DNA from: Myxococcales bacterium
GTDB lineage: Bacteria; Myxococcota; Myxococcia; Myxococcales; UBA5297
Direction: 5' to 3'
DNA length: 64,000 nucleotides
NCBI GenBank assembly: GCA_050942745.1
Contig: JBMNNX010000003.1
Location: 6,767 to 70,766 of the forward strand
Below the pieces are notes generated by a model. The model was given only the letters and a program-made list of their open reading frames with translations, was not told the DNA's origin and ran no database searches. This document shows, one piece after another, positions 1-9,834 of this stretch. Made by a program: the position numbers and the translations under genes. Every line of letters begins with the position of its first letter. Positions within the stretch are counted from its first letter, which is position 1.

Positions 1-17
1 CAAGGGGGGAGCCTTGC

Positions 18-677
18 CTAGAACTGCACGCCGGCGTTCAGCGTCACCTGCAACCAGTCGGTGCGGTTGTCGGTGAGGCTCGGGAAGGCATCGCCGCCGT
101 AGACGAACTCATAGGTGCCGCGCGCGCCGATGAGGAAGTCGGTCGCGAGGCCAATCGGCAGGTGGAAGTCCAGGCCGAGGCCCACGGGGATGGACCACAC
201 GGTCTCGTCGGTGACGAAGACCTCGGGGCCGGTGTTCGTAAACTGCGTCAGGCCCACGCCGCCGAACGCGTACGGCTCGACGAGGTTGGCGAAGACCGGG
301 CTGATCTTGAGGATCGCCTGGCCGCCGTTGAGGTTGACGCGGTTCTGGCCGCCGGGCAGGTCTGCGGCGGTCATGAACGTGGCGCCCTGGTATGCCAGCT
401 CGAGCGCGAGCGCCGAGACCGGCTCGATGGCCGCGACCACGCCGTAGGCGGGGCCGGTGCCCAGGATGTCGCCCGCGTCGCCGGGGAAGGTGCGGAAGCC
501 GCCGAGCGCCTGGACCTCGAGACCGCGGTCCTGGACCTCGTCGCGCACCACCGGCTCCTCGAACGTCACGGTTTCTTGCTCTTCTTCGATGACCACTCCG
601 TTCTGGGCGACGGCGCTGGCGGGTAGCATCAGGGCGGCCGCCGCAAACGCCGTCAGTATGGCTTTCGCTTTGCTCAT
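18..677 (-). CDS. secreted outer-membrane beta-barrel protein (OmpA-like/porin-type fold)
   Basis: 219-aa ORF. Sec signal MSKAKAILTAFAAAALMLPASAVA. Alternating Gly/aromatic beta-strand pattern. C-terminal ...LNAGVQF with terminal Phe, typical of BAM substrates. GGAGGGG-like RBS about 5 nt upstream of the ATG at 677. Confidence 0.7.
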   Translation of the reverse strand: MSKAKAILTAFAAAALMLPASAVAQNGVVIEEEQETVTFEEPVVRDEVQDRGLEVQALGGFRTFPGDAGDILGTGPAYGVVAAIEPVSALALELAYQGATFMTAADLPGGQNRVNLNGGQAILKISPVFANLVEPYAFGGVGLTQFTNTGPEVFVTDETVWSIPVGLGLDFHLPIGLATDFLIGARGTYEFVYGGDAFPSLTDNRTDWLQVTLNAGVQF

Positions 678-725
678 CGTTTCCCCTCCATTCTCCAGCC
701 GCAGCGACCGCGGCGCCGCAGCCCG

Positions 726-1478
726 TCACTTGAGCTCTTCGGCCTCCTCGGAGCTGAGGATCTCGACGCCGATGATCTCGGGCCTGTCGTCACCGTTAAG
801 CTCGTAGAAGACGCGCACGTCGGCGCCCTCGGAGAGCGCCTCCATGCCGACCTCGACCCCGTTGCGCACCACCTTGACGTCGTCGCTGATCGACAGCTCG
901 GCCTCCTCGGCCTCCTCCTCGTACGGATCGAGGACCAGCACGTCCTCGGTGACCCGGCTCACCTTTCCCACCTGCATCGCGTCGGCCCGAGCGAACTCTT
1001 CGGGCCGCTCCTGGGCCTGCTGCTCGCCCGCACCGCCGACGCCCATCTGCTCCTGAATCTCGCGCGCCTGCTCGGGCTCGAGGATGGTGATGCCGAGCAC
1101 GAGCGGCGGCTCACCGGCACGGGTCTGGAAGTAGACGATGACGTCGGAGCCCTCCTCGAGCGCCTCCTCCGGGTTCATCGAGACCTGCTCGCCGCCACGG
1201 AAGACCGGGGTCCGGTCCTCGAGCACGAGCTCGGCATCGCCAGCGGCGGGCGAGTACGGATCGAGAACGAGCCTGTTATCGTCGGCGTCGATGCTCGCCA
1301 CCTTGCCCGGCTGAGATCCCGATGCTTGCTCGGCAATGCGCTGCTCGAGCTCTGAAGGTTCTTGGTCAGGCGCCTGGGCGACCGGCTGTTCGGTCTTCGT
1401 GGCGCCCTTGTCGCTCGCGCAGGCGCTCATTCCCAGCAGCGCGCCGATCGCGAGCAGGCTTAGCAGGCGAATACGCAT
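726..1478 (-). CDS. lipoprotein with two tandem ~85-aa repeat domains (unknown function)
   Basis: ORF 726..1511. The ATG at 1478 is preceded by GGGAGGGG. Lipobox LLGMSAC. Two internal repeats: VASIDADDNRLVLDPY...DVIVYFQ...LGITILEPEQAREI and VGKVSRVTEDVLVLDPY...DVRVFYE...IGVEILSSEEAEEL. Lies 48 nt upstream of the OMP gene, so probably co-transcribed. Confidence 0.7.
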   Translation of the reverse strand: MRIRLLSLLAIGALLGMSACASDKGATKTEQPVAQAPDQEPSELEQRIAEQASGSQPGKVASIDADDNRLVLDPYSPAAGDAELVLEDRTPVFRGGEQVSMNPEEALEEGSDVIVYFQTRAGEPPLVLGITILEPEQAREIQEQMGVGGAGEQQAQERPEEFARADAMQVGKVSRVTEDVLVLDPYEEEAEEAELSISDDVKVVRNGVEVGMEALSEGADVRVFYELNGDDRPEIIGVEILSSEEAEELK

Positions 1479-1945
1479 GGTCATCCCCTCCCTTGAGCCG
1501 AACGTGGGCACCGTGAGGCAGCGAGGAAAGAGGAGCGCGCGCAGGTGAGTGTCGTGCGGCAGGCTCCCAGGCCGCTCGGCGATTGGCCGGGCGCCAGTCG
1601 AAAATCCGTTGCAGACCGCGGGGAAAGGCTCGCCGTCTCGCCCTGCTGCCGTAGGACGAGCCGTGTGTTGGCAACCTCGGATTGCTGGCGGGAGGACAGG
1701 CGTCTTCCGATCGGCACGCCGCCGATTGCCCGAGGGCTCGGTCCTTTGGCCCTAGCGCTCGGAAGGTCCCTCGCCGGCCGTACGCCGGCCGGCGGTCGCC
1801 GAGACCGCGGGAACCCCTTCCTCCCTCTTCCGCAGAGGCCGCCGAGACGGCGGCCCTCCCGCCTTCGCGCGGGCGAGCGGCCGTCGCTTCCTCGGGCGGA
1901 TCGGCGGACCTCGTCTGGTCCTGAGGCATGCGCCGGCGCCTTCGT

Positions 1946-1985
1946 CAAAGAACACGAAGAGGCGGAGCGCAGCGCGCTCCGCCTC
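1946..1985 (-). terminator. Rho-independent terminator downstream of pckG
   Basis: On the minus strand there is a 12-bp perfect stem, GAGGCGGAGCGC / GCGCTCCGCCTC (1959..1985), followed by TTCGTGTTCTTTG. Confidence 0.6.
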
Positions 1986-2014
1986 CGGGATCCGCGGACG
2001 CGGCCTTTCGCGGC

Positions 2015-3811
2015 CTAGCCGAGCCGCTGGCGCAGCGCGGCGAGCTCGTCCCTCAAGGCCTTCGGCAGGCGGTCGCCGAACTTCGCGTAGAACTCCTCGA
2101 CGCCCTCGAGCTCCTTGCGCCAGCCCTCGACCTCGACCTTGGTGAGCAGCTCCATCGTCGCCGGCGAGATGTCGAGGCCGGTCACGTCGACGTCCGTCGG
2201 CCTGGGCAGCACGCCGACCGCGGTCTTCACGCCGACGTCGCGCCCCTCGATGCGCTCGACGATGTACTTGAGCACGCGGCTGTTCTCGCCATAGCCGGGC
2301 CACAGGAACTTGCCGTTTTCGCCCTTGCGGAACCAGTTGACGAAGAAGATGCGCGGCGCCTTGTCGCCAAGCTTCTGGCCCATCTTCAACCAGTGACCGA
2401 AGTAGTCGGCCATGTTGTAGCCGCAGAACGGGAGCATCGCGAACGGGTCGCGGCGCACCACGCCGACCGCACCGATGTTGGCCGCGGTGGTCTCGCTGCC
2501 GGTCGCCGAGCCCATGAAGACGCCGTGCTCCCACGACAGCGCCTCGTTGACGAGCGGGATGGTGCTCGGCCGGCGGCCGCCGAAGAGGAAGGCGCTGATG
2601 GGCACGCCGTTGGGGCTCTCCCAGTCCGGATCGATGACCGGGCACTGGCTGGCCGGCGCGGTGAAGCGCGCGTTCGGGTGCGCGCCCTTGCGGCCGCAGT
2701 CGGGCGTCCACTCCCTGCCCTCCCAGTCGATGCCCTTGGCCGGCGGCTCGACGCCCATGTCCTCCCACCAGATGTCGCCGTCGGGAGTGAGCAGGCAGTT
2801 GGTGAAGATGGTGTTCTTCGCAATGGCCGCCATCGCGTTGGGGTTCGACTTGGTCGAGGTCCCCGGGGCGACGCCGAAGAAGCCGTACTCGGGGTTGATC
2901 GCGTAGAGGCGCCCGTCGGCGCCAATGCGCATCCAGGCGATGTCGTCGCCCAGGCAACGCACCTTCCAGCCCGGGATGGTCGGCGTCATCATCGCCAGGT
3001 TGGTCTTGCCGCAGGCCGACGGGAACGCCGCGGCGATGTAGTACGTCTTGTTCTCGGGCGAAGTGAGCGAAAGGATGAGCATGTGCTCGGCCATCCAGCC
3101 CTCGTCGCGCGCCTGGACCGAGGCGATGCGCAGGGCGAAGCACTTCTTGCCGAGCAGCGCGTTGCCGCCGTAGCCCGAGCCGTACGACCAGATCGCGCGC
3201 TCCTCGGGGAAGTGCGCGATGTACTTCTGCTCCATCGGCGCGCAGGGCCAGCCCTCGTCCTTCTCGCCCTCCTTCAGCGGCTTGCCGACCGAGTGCAGGC
3301 AGGGCACGAACTCGCCGTCGGCGCCCAGCTTCTCGAGCACCGCCGCGCCCATGCGCGTCATGATCCGCATGTTGGCGACGACGTAGGGCGAGTCGGTGAC
3401 CTCGATCCCGATCTTCGCGACCGGCGAGTCGAGCGGGCCCATCGAGAACGGGATGACGTACATCGTTCGGCCGGCCATGCAGCCGTCGTAGAGCTTGGTC
3501 ATCGTCTGCTTGAGCTCGCCCGGGTCGATCCAGTTGTTCGTCGGGCCGGCCTCGTCCTTGGTGCGCGCGGCGATGAAGGTGCGGTCCTCGACGCGGGCCA
3601 CGTCGCTTGGGTGCGAGCGGAACAGCAGGCAGTTGGGGCGCTTCTCCGGGTTGAGGCGGGTGGCGAGGCCGCTGTCGACCATCTCCTGGCACAGCGTGTC
3701 GTACTCGGCTTGCGAGCCGTCGCACCAGTGCACGCGCTGCGGCTTGCACAGCTTGGTGAGCTCGTCGATCCAGGCGAGGAGTCTGGAATGGTTGGTTGCG
3801 GGCATGGGCAT
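2015..3811 (-). CDS. pckG: phosphoenolpyruvate carboxykinase (GTP)
   Basis: 598-aa ORF with a full-length GTP-PEPCK pattern. It includes the kinase-1a loop [30 protein letters not shown], and C-terminal [26 protein letters not shown]. Confidence 0.95.
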   Translation of the reverse strand: MPMPATNHSRLLAWIDELTKLCKPQRVHWCDGSQAEYDTLCQEMVDSGLATRLNPEKRPNCLLFRSHPSDVARVEDRTFIAARTKDEAGPTNNWIDPGELKQTMTKLYDGCMAGRTMYVIPFSMGPLDSPVAKIGIEVTDSPYVVANMRIMTRMGAAVLEKLGADGEFVPCLHSVGKPLKEGEKDEGWPCAPMEQKYIAHFPEERAIWSYGSGYGGNALLGKKCFALRIASVQARDEGWMAEHMLILSLTSPENKTYYIAAAFPSACGKTNLAMMTPTIPGWKVRCLGDDIAWMRIGADGRLYAINPEYGFFGVAPGTSTKSNPNAMAAIAKNTIFTNCLLTPDGDIWWEDMGVEPPAKGIDWEGREWTPDCGRKGAHPNARFTAPASQCPVIDPDWESPNGVPISAFLFGGRRPSTIPLVNEALSWEHGVFMGSATGSETTAANIGAVGVVRRDPFAMLPFCGYNMADYFGHWLKMGQKLGDKAPRIFFVNWFRKGENGKFLWPGYGENSRVLKYIVERIEGRDVGVKTAVGVLPRPTDVDVTGLDISPATMELLTKVEVEGWRKELEGVEEFYAKFGDRLPKALRDELAALRQRLG

Positions 3812-4254
3812 CCTCGTATTCAGATGGTTGGTTGCTGCGCCACCGCTCCGTCGGCCGCTCGCCGCCGGGCGAAGGGGGGCATCCTAGCATCGGAGCACTG
3901 CCCATTCACCCGGCGCTGGCTCGGCGGGCAGGGTGCTCGAATGAGAGGTGATAAAGACCCAACACGCGGCTCGAGGCCACCTCGACGCCCGCAGGCGCGA
4001 GCCTGGTAGACGAGGGGCGGCAGGCAGGCGCGAACGCGGGCCCGGCGACCGCCCGCTCGGCCTGCTATTTGTCGCTGAGAGCGCTCCCGGACGGCCCGCA
4101 CGACTATCGTGCCTGTCGCCTGGTTGGCTGCGCAGGCCTGGAAGGGCTCTGTCGCCTGGCGCTTGCGGACTGGAGCTCCGCCCTCCAGCACCGCCCGCGT
4201 TCGCCGGCCCTCGATCTGCGCTGCGCTCCGGCCCGGGCACACTGCGGTGCGCAC

Positions 4255-4893
4255 CTACCGAGGGTAGACCCGGCCCGCCTCGGCGACGATCTTCTCAACC
4301 AGGCGCGCGGGCAGGAAGGCGGCCAGCCCTTCGCGGTCGAGCTGCAGCAGCGGAGGCCGGCAGACCCGGATTTCCTCGTGGCAGCGCGGGCACTTTTCGG
4401 CGCAGAGAACCTGGGCGACAGGCGTCGAGGTTTCGTACTGCACCGGCCGCATCAGCGCGCCGCAGCCGCGCGGGCAGGAGACCCGCGGCTCGAGCAACCG
4501 AACGAGCCCCGCGCGCCGGCGAATGAACGCGGCCCGCCGATCGCGCGCCTCCCTCAAGTCCGCGTCGGAGAGCTCGTCGGGCCTCCCGTCGTCCTGCGTC
4601 TGCTTCTCGATGAGCACGTGCTCGCGCGAGTCGGTGATGGTCTCGACGACGAAGACGTGGATCTCGCCGCGCCTCTCAGCGGCGATGTGGACCGCCTCGG
4701 CCTTCTCGCGCTCGCTGTGCTCGGACAGGCTGTCGCGCCAGCGGTAATAGGGAACCCCCTCGACCTCCGCCGACGGCACGCGCAAGACGACGATCGGCTC
4801 CCGATCCTCGGCCCCACACACACAGTCGAGGAAGGCCTCGCGGATCTGCGGAGCGCACCGGACGATGAGTAGCCCTGGGTCGATCAACTTCAT
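4255..4893 (-). CDS. hypothetical protein with C-terminal Cys-rich (zinc-ribbon-like) region
   Basis: ORF 4255..4926; likely start is MKLIDPG (ATG at 4893, GAGG upstream). Coding-like composition. Cys cluster SCPRGCG...CAEKCPRCHEEIRVC. I did not recognise a family. Confidence 0.5.
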   Translation of the reverse strand: MKLIDPGLLIVRCAPQIREAFLDCVCGAEDREPIVVLRVPSAEVEGVPYYRWRDSLSEHSEREKAEAVHIAAERRGEIHVFVVETITDSREHVLIEKQTQDDGRPDELSDADLREARDRRAAFIRRRAGLVRLLEPRVSCPRGCGALMRPVQYETSTPVAQVLCAEKCPRCHEEIRVCRPPLLQLDREGLAAFLPARLVEKIVAEAGRVYPR

Positions 4894-5235
4894 GCCTCGC
4901 CTCGTACCACGCTCCATCGGCCACAATTCTGCCTACTGCTGCCGGCATGCCGCTGCCGAATCTTCGCCCGCTCTAAGGAGACAGTAGCTGCCCGGCCTCG
5001 GCGCGGCAGGCAATTCGTTTCTGTTCCGAGCACGACCATGATCCCCTCCAGCAGTTCGCGCCCATGCTATCGGCCGCCAAGCCGGCTCCAACCGGCTATC
5101 GCGCAAACGCCGAGGGCGGCGTCGGACTGCGAGCAGATTCGAGAAGGCGACTTGCCGGCGCTCGCGGCGCCTCAGGCGCCGCTTCGAGGCCGCCGGGGCC
5201 CGCCGCGCCGCATCCGGTTGAGCCAGCGGACGACA

Positions 5236-6834
5236 ATGGGCTCTAATCGCCACTTCGTCGGCGCGACGGGTCGCGCCGACCAGCCCGAGGAGACCCCGTT
5301 GAGAAAGCTCACCACACTGCTTCTGCTTCTGGCCGTCGCCGGCTGCGCCGCCGGACCACGCTACCAAGCCCGCCCCGTCTCGAACGAGGCGGCAAACCTC
5401 TTCGCGCGCGCCGAGGCGCCGGGCCCCGGCTTCTCGCTCGTCATCGACATCGAGACCCTGCGCGAGCTCGGCTTCCTATCAGCGCCCCCGGCTGAGGGCG
5501 AGGCGCCGTCGACGACGCTCGCCGACGCCTGGGTGGCGACGCTGCCGGTGCTCATCGCGGCGGCCGACGATCCGACTAAGAAGACCCAGCTCGCGCGCCA
5601 TGCCGTCATCGCGCGCCTGATCCAGCGCTGGAGCGTCTGGCCGCCGCACATGCAGCGGCTGGGACTGCTCCTCCCGACCGCGACCCTCGACAAGCAAGCC
5701 CTCTTCGACAACGGGGTCCTGCTGTTCGCGGTCGGCGCCGACGAGGCGACCAACAAGGCCGTGCTCGAAGGCTTCGCCGCGCTCGATCGCACCTACCGCT
5801 CCGCGCAGGGCGCGACACCCCGCATTCCCAAGATGCACCTCGAGCAGGGCCAGCTCTGCATCGAGGCCGAGATGGTGCCCGTGCCGCTCTGCCTGCACGG
5901 CGGCGGGGGCTACTACGCGATGGGCACCGCGAAGGCCCTCGAGGCTGCGCTCGCGTCGGCCACCGTGCCCGCCCCCGCGGTCGATCCCGCGCTGCCGCCC
6001 GACGTCCTGCGCCTGCGCTACGACTACCCCGAGCTCGGCAAGGTCTCGGTCCGACTGAGCGGGCGCGACGCGCTCAAGCTCGAGGCCCGGCTCGAGAGCA
6101 CCGAGCCGCAGCTCCTCGCCAAGCTCGAGGAGGTGCTGAACAAGATGGTCGCCCAGGGGGACCAGTCGCGCGCGGAGGCCCGCTCCCTGGTCGTCGCCGA
6201 GCTCGATCTGGCCAAGACCTCGCTCGCGGCCGATGCCGCCGCGCCGGCCGCGCTGAAGGCGACCGCGCAGGCGCTCACCGCGGACCTGGTGCTCGACCCG
6301 GAGGGGAACACCGAGGCGCTGCGCCAGTCGGCGAAGATCACGCGCGGGGCCAACGACCTTCAGGCCGAGCTGACTTTCCCCGCGCCACTGATCAAAGCGA
6401 CCGCCGAATGGCTGAACGGCCTGGCGACGATCTCCGCCATCGGAAGGATAGCGGGTATCGCCGTCCCCAACTTCATCAAGTACCAGTGCCGCTCGAAGCA
6501 ATCGGAAGCGAGAGTGAACCTGCTCGGCCTCGCGAGCGCGCAGATGGTCTTCCGCGAAGAGAGAAGCGCCTGGAGCTCGAGCTTCGAAGAGCTCGGCTTC
6601 ACGCCGTATGAGGGTACGCGCTACACCTACTGCATGGCGGGCCAGTGCCTGCCCTGCACGCGCGAGGGCTGCCAGGTCGAGGGCCCGAATCCCTGCGCCA
6701 TCTACGAGGCCGGCCAGAACGACTTCATCGCGTGCGCCTTCGCCAACCTGCGGGGCGAGAGTGACACGCTCGACGTCTGGCTCATCAACTCGAGCATCGC
6801 GCCGGAGCACGTCTCGAACGACTGCGCGGGCTAG
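5236..6834 (+). CDS. lipoprotein with C-terminal type IV pilin-like (PilA-like) domain
   Basis: In-frame ATG at 5236 (MGSNRH...), followed by the lipobox LLLLLAVAGC. The C-terminal ~140 aa read AIGRIAGIAVPNFIKYQCRSKQSEARVNLLGLASAQMVFREE...GFTPYEGTRYTYC. This closely resembles M. xanthus PilA (AIAIPNFIKFQARSKQSEAKTNLKALYTAQ...GFAPERGNRYGY) but lacks the G/FTLIE prepilin cleavage motif. Confidence 0.65.
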   Translation: MGSNRHFVGATGRADQPEETPLRKLTTLLLLLAVAGCAAGPRYQARPVSNEAANLFARAEAPGPGFSLVIDIETLRELGFLSAPPAEGEAPSTTLADAWVATLPVLIAAADDPTKKTQLARHAVIARLIQRWSVWPPHMQRLGLLLPTATLDKQALFDNGVLLFAVGADEATNKAVLEGFAALDRTYRSAQGATPRIPKMHLEQGQLCIEAEMVPVPLCLHGGGGYYAMGTAKALEAALASATVPAPAVDPALPPDVLRLRYDYPELGKVSVRLSGRDALKLEARLESTEPQLLAKLEEVLNKMVAQGDQSRAEARSLVVAELDLAKTSLAADAAAPAALKATAQALTADLVLDPEGNTEALRQSAKITRGANDLQAELTFPAPLIKATAEWLNGLATISAIGRIAGIAVPNFIKYQCRSKQSEARVNLLGLASAQMVFREERSAWSSSFEELGFTPYEGTRYTYCMAGQCLPCTREGCQVEGPNPCAIYEAGQNDFIACAFANLRGESDTLDVWLINSSIAPEHVSNDCAG

Positions 6835-6892
6835 CCGGCCGCCGCGGCGATGCGCCCGGCGCCGGATCGAGCACAGTCCTGGTTCTAAAGGT

Positions 6893-6925
6893 AGGGGCGC
6901 CCGCGGAGGCGCCCCTGCCTCTTGG
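6893..6925 (+). terminator. possible terminator hairpin after the pilin-like lipoprotein gene
   Basis: 9-bp perfect stem AGGGGCGCC / GGCGCCCCT with a 6-nt loop, followed by GCCTCTTGG. The T-tract is weak. Confidence 0.4.
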
Positions 6926-7103
6926 CGGTTCGGCCGCGGCCTGCCTGCCCGCCGGGCGGCGCTCCTCTACTTGCCCGCCTTTCTGGCTGCCGGCCGAGCG
7001 CACCGGAGCGCGCAGCCGCCGCGGGTGGGCGCGCCAGCATTCTGGAGGCTCTGCACTTCTCGTCTGTGCTGCCCGCAGCAAGCTTGACGGAGAGGAAGCT
7101 CCC

Positions 7104-8249
7104 ATGCCTCTCCAATCGAGAACCATCGCCTCGCTCGCTGTGCTGGCAGCCTTGCTCGTCGTCGCTCGCCCGGCGGCCGCGTTCGAGTCGCGAAGCGGCG
7201 ACACCGTGCACATCACCGCCGACCAGACCATCGACGACGACCTCTACGTCTTCGCCACCACGATCATCGTCGAGGGCACGATCCAGGGCGACCTGGTCGC
7301 CTTCGGCCAGAACATCACGGTGAGCGGCACGGTCGAGGACCTGGTCGCCGCGGGCTCGAACATCCGCGTCGACGGCACGGTCAACGGCTCGATGCGCGTC
7401 GCCGCCTCCGACGTCACCGTCGCCGGCCAGATCGCGCAGGACGCGGTCGTCGCCAGCGGCGACATCGACATCGAGCAGGGCGCGACGGTCGGCCGCGACG
7501 CCGTGCTCACCAGCGGCGAGCTGCGCATGGCGGGCCAGGTGACGCGCCGGCTCGTCGTCAGCGCGGGCTCGGTCGAGCTCGCCGGTGCGGTCGGCTCCAA
7601 CGCGCGCATCGAGTCGGGCGAGCTGACCGTCGCCCCCAGCGCCTCGGTCGGCGGCAACCTCGAGTACTCGGCCACCGACGAGGCCGAGATCGACCCCGGC
7701 GCGCGCATCGGCGGCGAGGTCGTGCGCCTGCCGTCGAAGAAGCGCGACGGCGTGGGCGCCTTCGCGGCCTTCCTCCTCATCTGGCTGCGCCTGCTCGTCG
7801 GCCTCTGCCTCGTCGGGCTCATCCTCGTCCTCGCGCTGCCCGAGCGCGCGCGCCGCACCCTACGCAGCTTCCGCTTCCGCCCCGGCGAGAGCCTGGCCGT
7901 CGGCCTCATCACCATGATCGTCGTGCCGATAGTCGCCCTCGCCGTCCTCGTCCTCGGCTTCTTCATCGGCGGCTGGTGGATCGCGCTGATGATCTTAGGC
8001 GCCTACCTCATCGTGCTCGCCTTCGCGCTGCCCGCAACCGGCCTGTGGATAGGCAGCGCCATCCTGCGGCGCCGCGACTGGACGCGCGGCAGGCTCGTCG
8101 GCGCCCTGGCCCTGGGGCTCTTCCTGCTGATGCTGGTGATCCTGCTGCCGTTCCTCGGGCCGGCCATCGCCATCGTGGCGACGATCTGGGGCCTGGGCGC
8201 GCTGCTGCGGGGCTTCGGCACGCGCACCGCGGGCGAGCTGCCGGCCTAG
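7104..8249 (+). CDS. membrane protein with N-terminal bactofilin-like (polymer-forming beta-helix) repeats and C-terminal multi-TM region
   Basis: Signal/anchor LAVLAALLVVARPAAA. Repeated G.V.GD/S.V pattern (VEGTIQGDLVAFGQNITVSGTVEDLVAAGSNIRVDGTVNGSMRVAASDVTVAGQI...). Four to five hydrophobic helices in the last ~170 aa. Confidence 0.65.
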   Translation: MPLQSRTIASLAVLAALLVVARPAAAFESRSGDTVHITADQTIDDDLYVFATTIIVEGTIQGDLVAFGQNITVSGTVEDLVAAGSNIRVDGTVNGSMRVAASDVTVAGQIAQDAVVASGDIDIEQGATVGRDAVLTSGELRMAGQVTRRLVVSAGSVELAGAVGSNARIESGELTVAPSASVGGNLEYSATDEAEIDPGARIGGEVVRLPSKKRDGVGAFAAFLLIWLRLLVGLCLVGLILVLALPERARRTLRSFRFRPGESLAVGLITMIVVPIVALAVLVLGFFIGGWWIALMILGAYLIVLAFALPATGLWIGSAILRRRDWTRGRLVGALALGLFLLMLVILLPFLGPAIAIVATIWGLGALLRGFGTRTAGELPA

Positions 8250-8267
8250 CGGCCGAAGGAGATCGCG

Positions 8268-9077
8268 GTGCGGGGCAAGGTCGTCCTCGTCAGCGGCTCG
8301 ACCGACGGCATCGGGAAGCAGGCGGCGCTCGAGCTGGCGCGCCGCGGCGCGCGGGTCTTCGTCCACGGGCGCGATCCGGACAAGGGCCGCGCGGTCGCCG
8401 ACGAGCTGCGGCGGGCGAGCGGAAACCCGCGCATCGAGCTGCTGCTCGCCGACTTCGCCTCGTTCGACCAGGTGCGCGCCCTGGCCAAGGAGCTGCGCAA
8501 AGAGACCGACCGCCTCGACGTGCTCGTCAACAACGCGGGCCTTTACGCGCCCGAGCGCGAGCTGACCGTGGACGGCCTCGAGCTCACCTTCCAGGTGAAC
8601 TACCTCTCGCACTTCCTGCTCACCGAGCTGCTGCTCGATCTGATCGTGGCGAGCGCGCCGGCGCGGGTGATCTGCGTCAGCTCGACGCTGCATCGCCACG
8701 CGCACCTCGACTTCGACAACCTGCAGGGCGAGCGGCGCTACGACGGCGACGAGGCCTACGCGGTCTCGAAGCTGGCGATGGCGCTCTTCGCCCGCGAGCT
8801 CGCGCGGCGGCTCTTCGGCACCGGGGTCACGGCGAACGCGGTGCACCCCGGCGGCGCGGACACCAAGCTGCTGCGCGGCCGCTACGGCCCCGGAGGCGGC
8901 CCGCCCGAGCTCGCCGCGCGGTCGATCGTCTACCTCGCCACCTCGGACGAGGCCGCCCGCGTGACAGGCGCCTACTTCGACAGGACCGGCTGGCGCGCCC
9001 CTTCGCCCGAGGCCTTAGACGACGAGCTGGCGCGCCGGCTGTGGGAGCTGAGCGAGCGGCTCACCAGCCTGCGTTAG
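8268..9077 (+). CDS. short-chain dehydrogenase/reductase (SDR) family oxidoreductase
   Basis: GTG start. Cofactor motif VSGSTDGIGK, NNAG, and catalytic YAVSK (Y-x-x-x-K). The 269-aa length is typical. Confidence 0.85.
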   Translation: MRGKVVLVSGSTDGIGKQAALELARRGARVFVHGRDPDKGRAVADELRRASGNPRIELLLADFASFDQVRALAKELRKETDRLDVLVNNAGLYAPERELTVDGLELTFQVNYLSHFLLTELLLDLIVASAPARVICVSSTLHRHAHLDFDNLQGERRYDGDEAYAVSKLAMALFARELARRLFGTGVTANAVHPGGADTKLLRGRYGPGGGPPELAARSIVYLATSDEAARVTGAYFDRTGWRAPSPEALDDELARRLWELSERLTSLR

Positions 9078-9681
9078 CGGGCTCGGCGGCGCGCTGCTCG
9101 GCGAGGACGGCCCGGACCTGGGCGCGCACGTCCTCGAGCATCTCGGCGCGCCTAGCGTCGGTCACTAGGGGCACGGCGAAGTAGTTCTTGTAGTGGACCG
9201 GGTTGAGCCCGGTCGAACGCAGCGAGCCGGACATCACCGTGACCCGCATGGCCTCGGTCATGCCGCTCTTGCGGTCGGACTCCTCGTCGGCACCCGAGGT
9301 CGTCAGCACCAGCGCGCGCCGGCCGCCGAGCAGGCCTTGGATTCCCTGCGCCGTCGCCTGGTACGCAAAGCCCACGCTGAAGACCCTGTCGAACCAGCCT
9401 TTGACCATGGCCGGGCGCTCGTACCACCAGATCGGATAGACGAAGACGAGCAGGTCGGCCCACAGCACGTCGGCCTGCTCGCGCGCGACGTCCTCGCGCA
9501 CCGTGCCCTTGAAGAGGGCCTCGAAGTCTTCGGGGCCGAGCGCCGGGCTCCAGCCCTGCGCGTAGAGGTCGTGGAGGCGCACCTCGTGGCCGAGCCGCTC
9601 GAGCTCCTCCCGCGCGACATCGGCGATGGCCTTGCAGAAGCTCTTCGGGTTGGGGTGCGCGTAGACGATGAGCGCCTTCAT
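9061..9681 (-). CDS. NAD(P)H dehydrogenase (quinone), flavodoxin-like fold
   Basis: MKALIVYAHPNPKSFCKAI...LLVFVYPIWWYERPAMVKGWFDRVF is typical of the Flavodoxin_2/NQO1-like family. Converges on the SDR gene with a 17-nt 3' overlap. Confidence 0.85.
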   Translation of the reverse strand: MKALIVYAHPNPKSFCKAIADVAREELERLGHEVRLHDLYAQGWSPALGPEDFEALFKGTVREDVAREQADVLWADLLVFVYPIWWYERPAMVKGWFDRVFSVGFAYQATAQGIQGLLGGRRALVLTTSGADEESDRKSGMTEAMRVTVMSGSLRSTGLNPVHYKNYFAVPLVTDARRAEMLEDVRAQVRAVLAEQRAAEPANAGW

Positions 9682-9834
9682 GCTTCCTCCGGGCGAGTGT
9701 CAACTGCCGAGCCTTGTTCGGCGCACGAGAAAGGTAATCAACCCGCCTCCGGCCCGCCATGGTTTCGTACCCGTCCGACAAGTCGCGAATCGGGCGCGCA
9801 CCGCACCGGGCGAGCACCCGGTGCCGCCGCCGCA

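Noticed and set aside
1752-3905. 717-aa ORF overlapping pckG in another frame, and the 693-aa plus-strand ORF 1928..4009.
   Set aside because: Arg/Pro/Gly-rich low-complexity translations. The region is fully explained by the well-conserved GTP-PEPCK frame.
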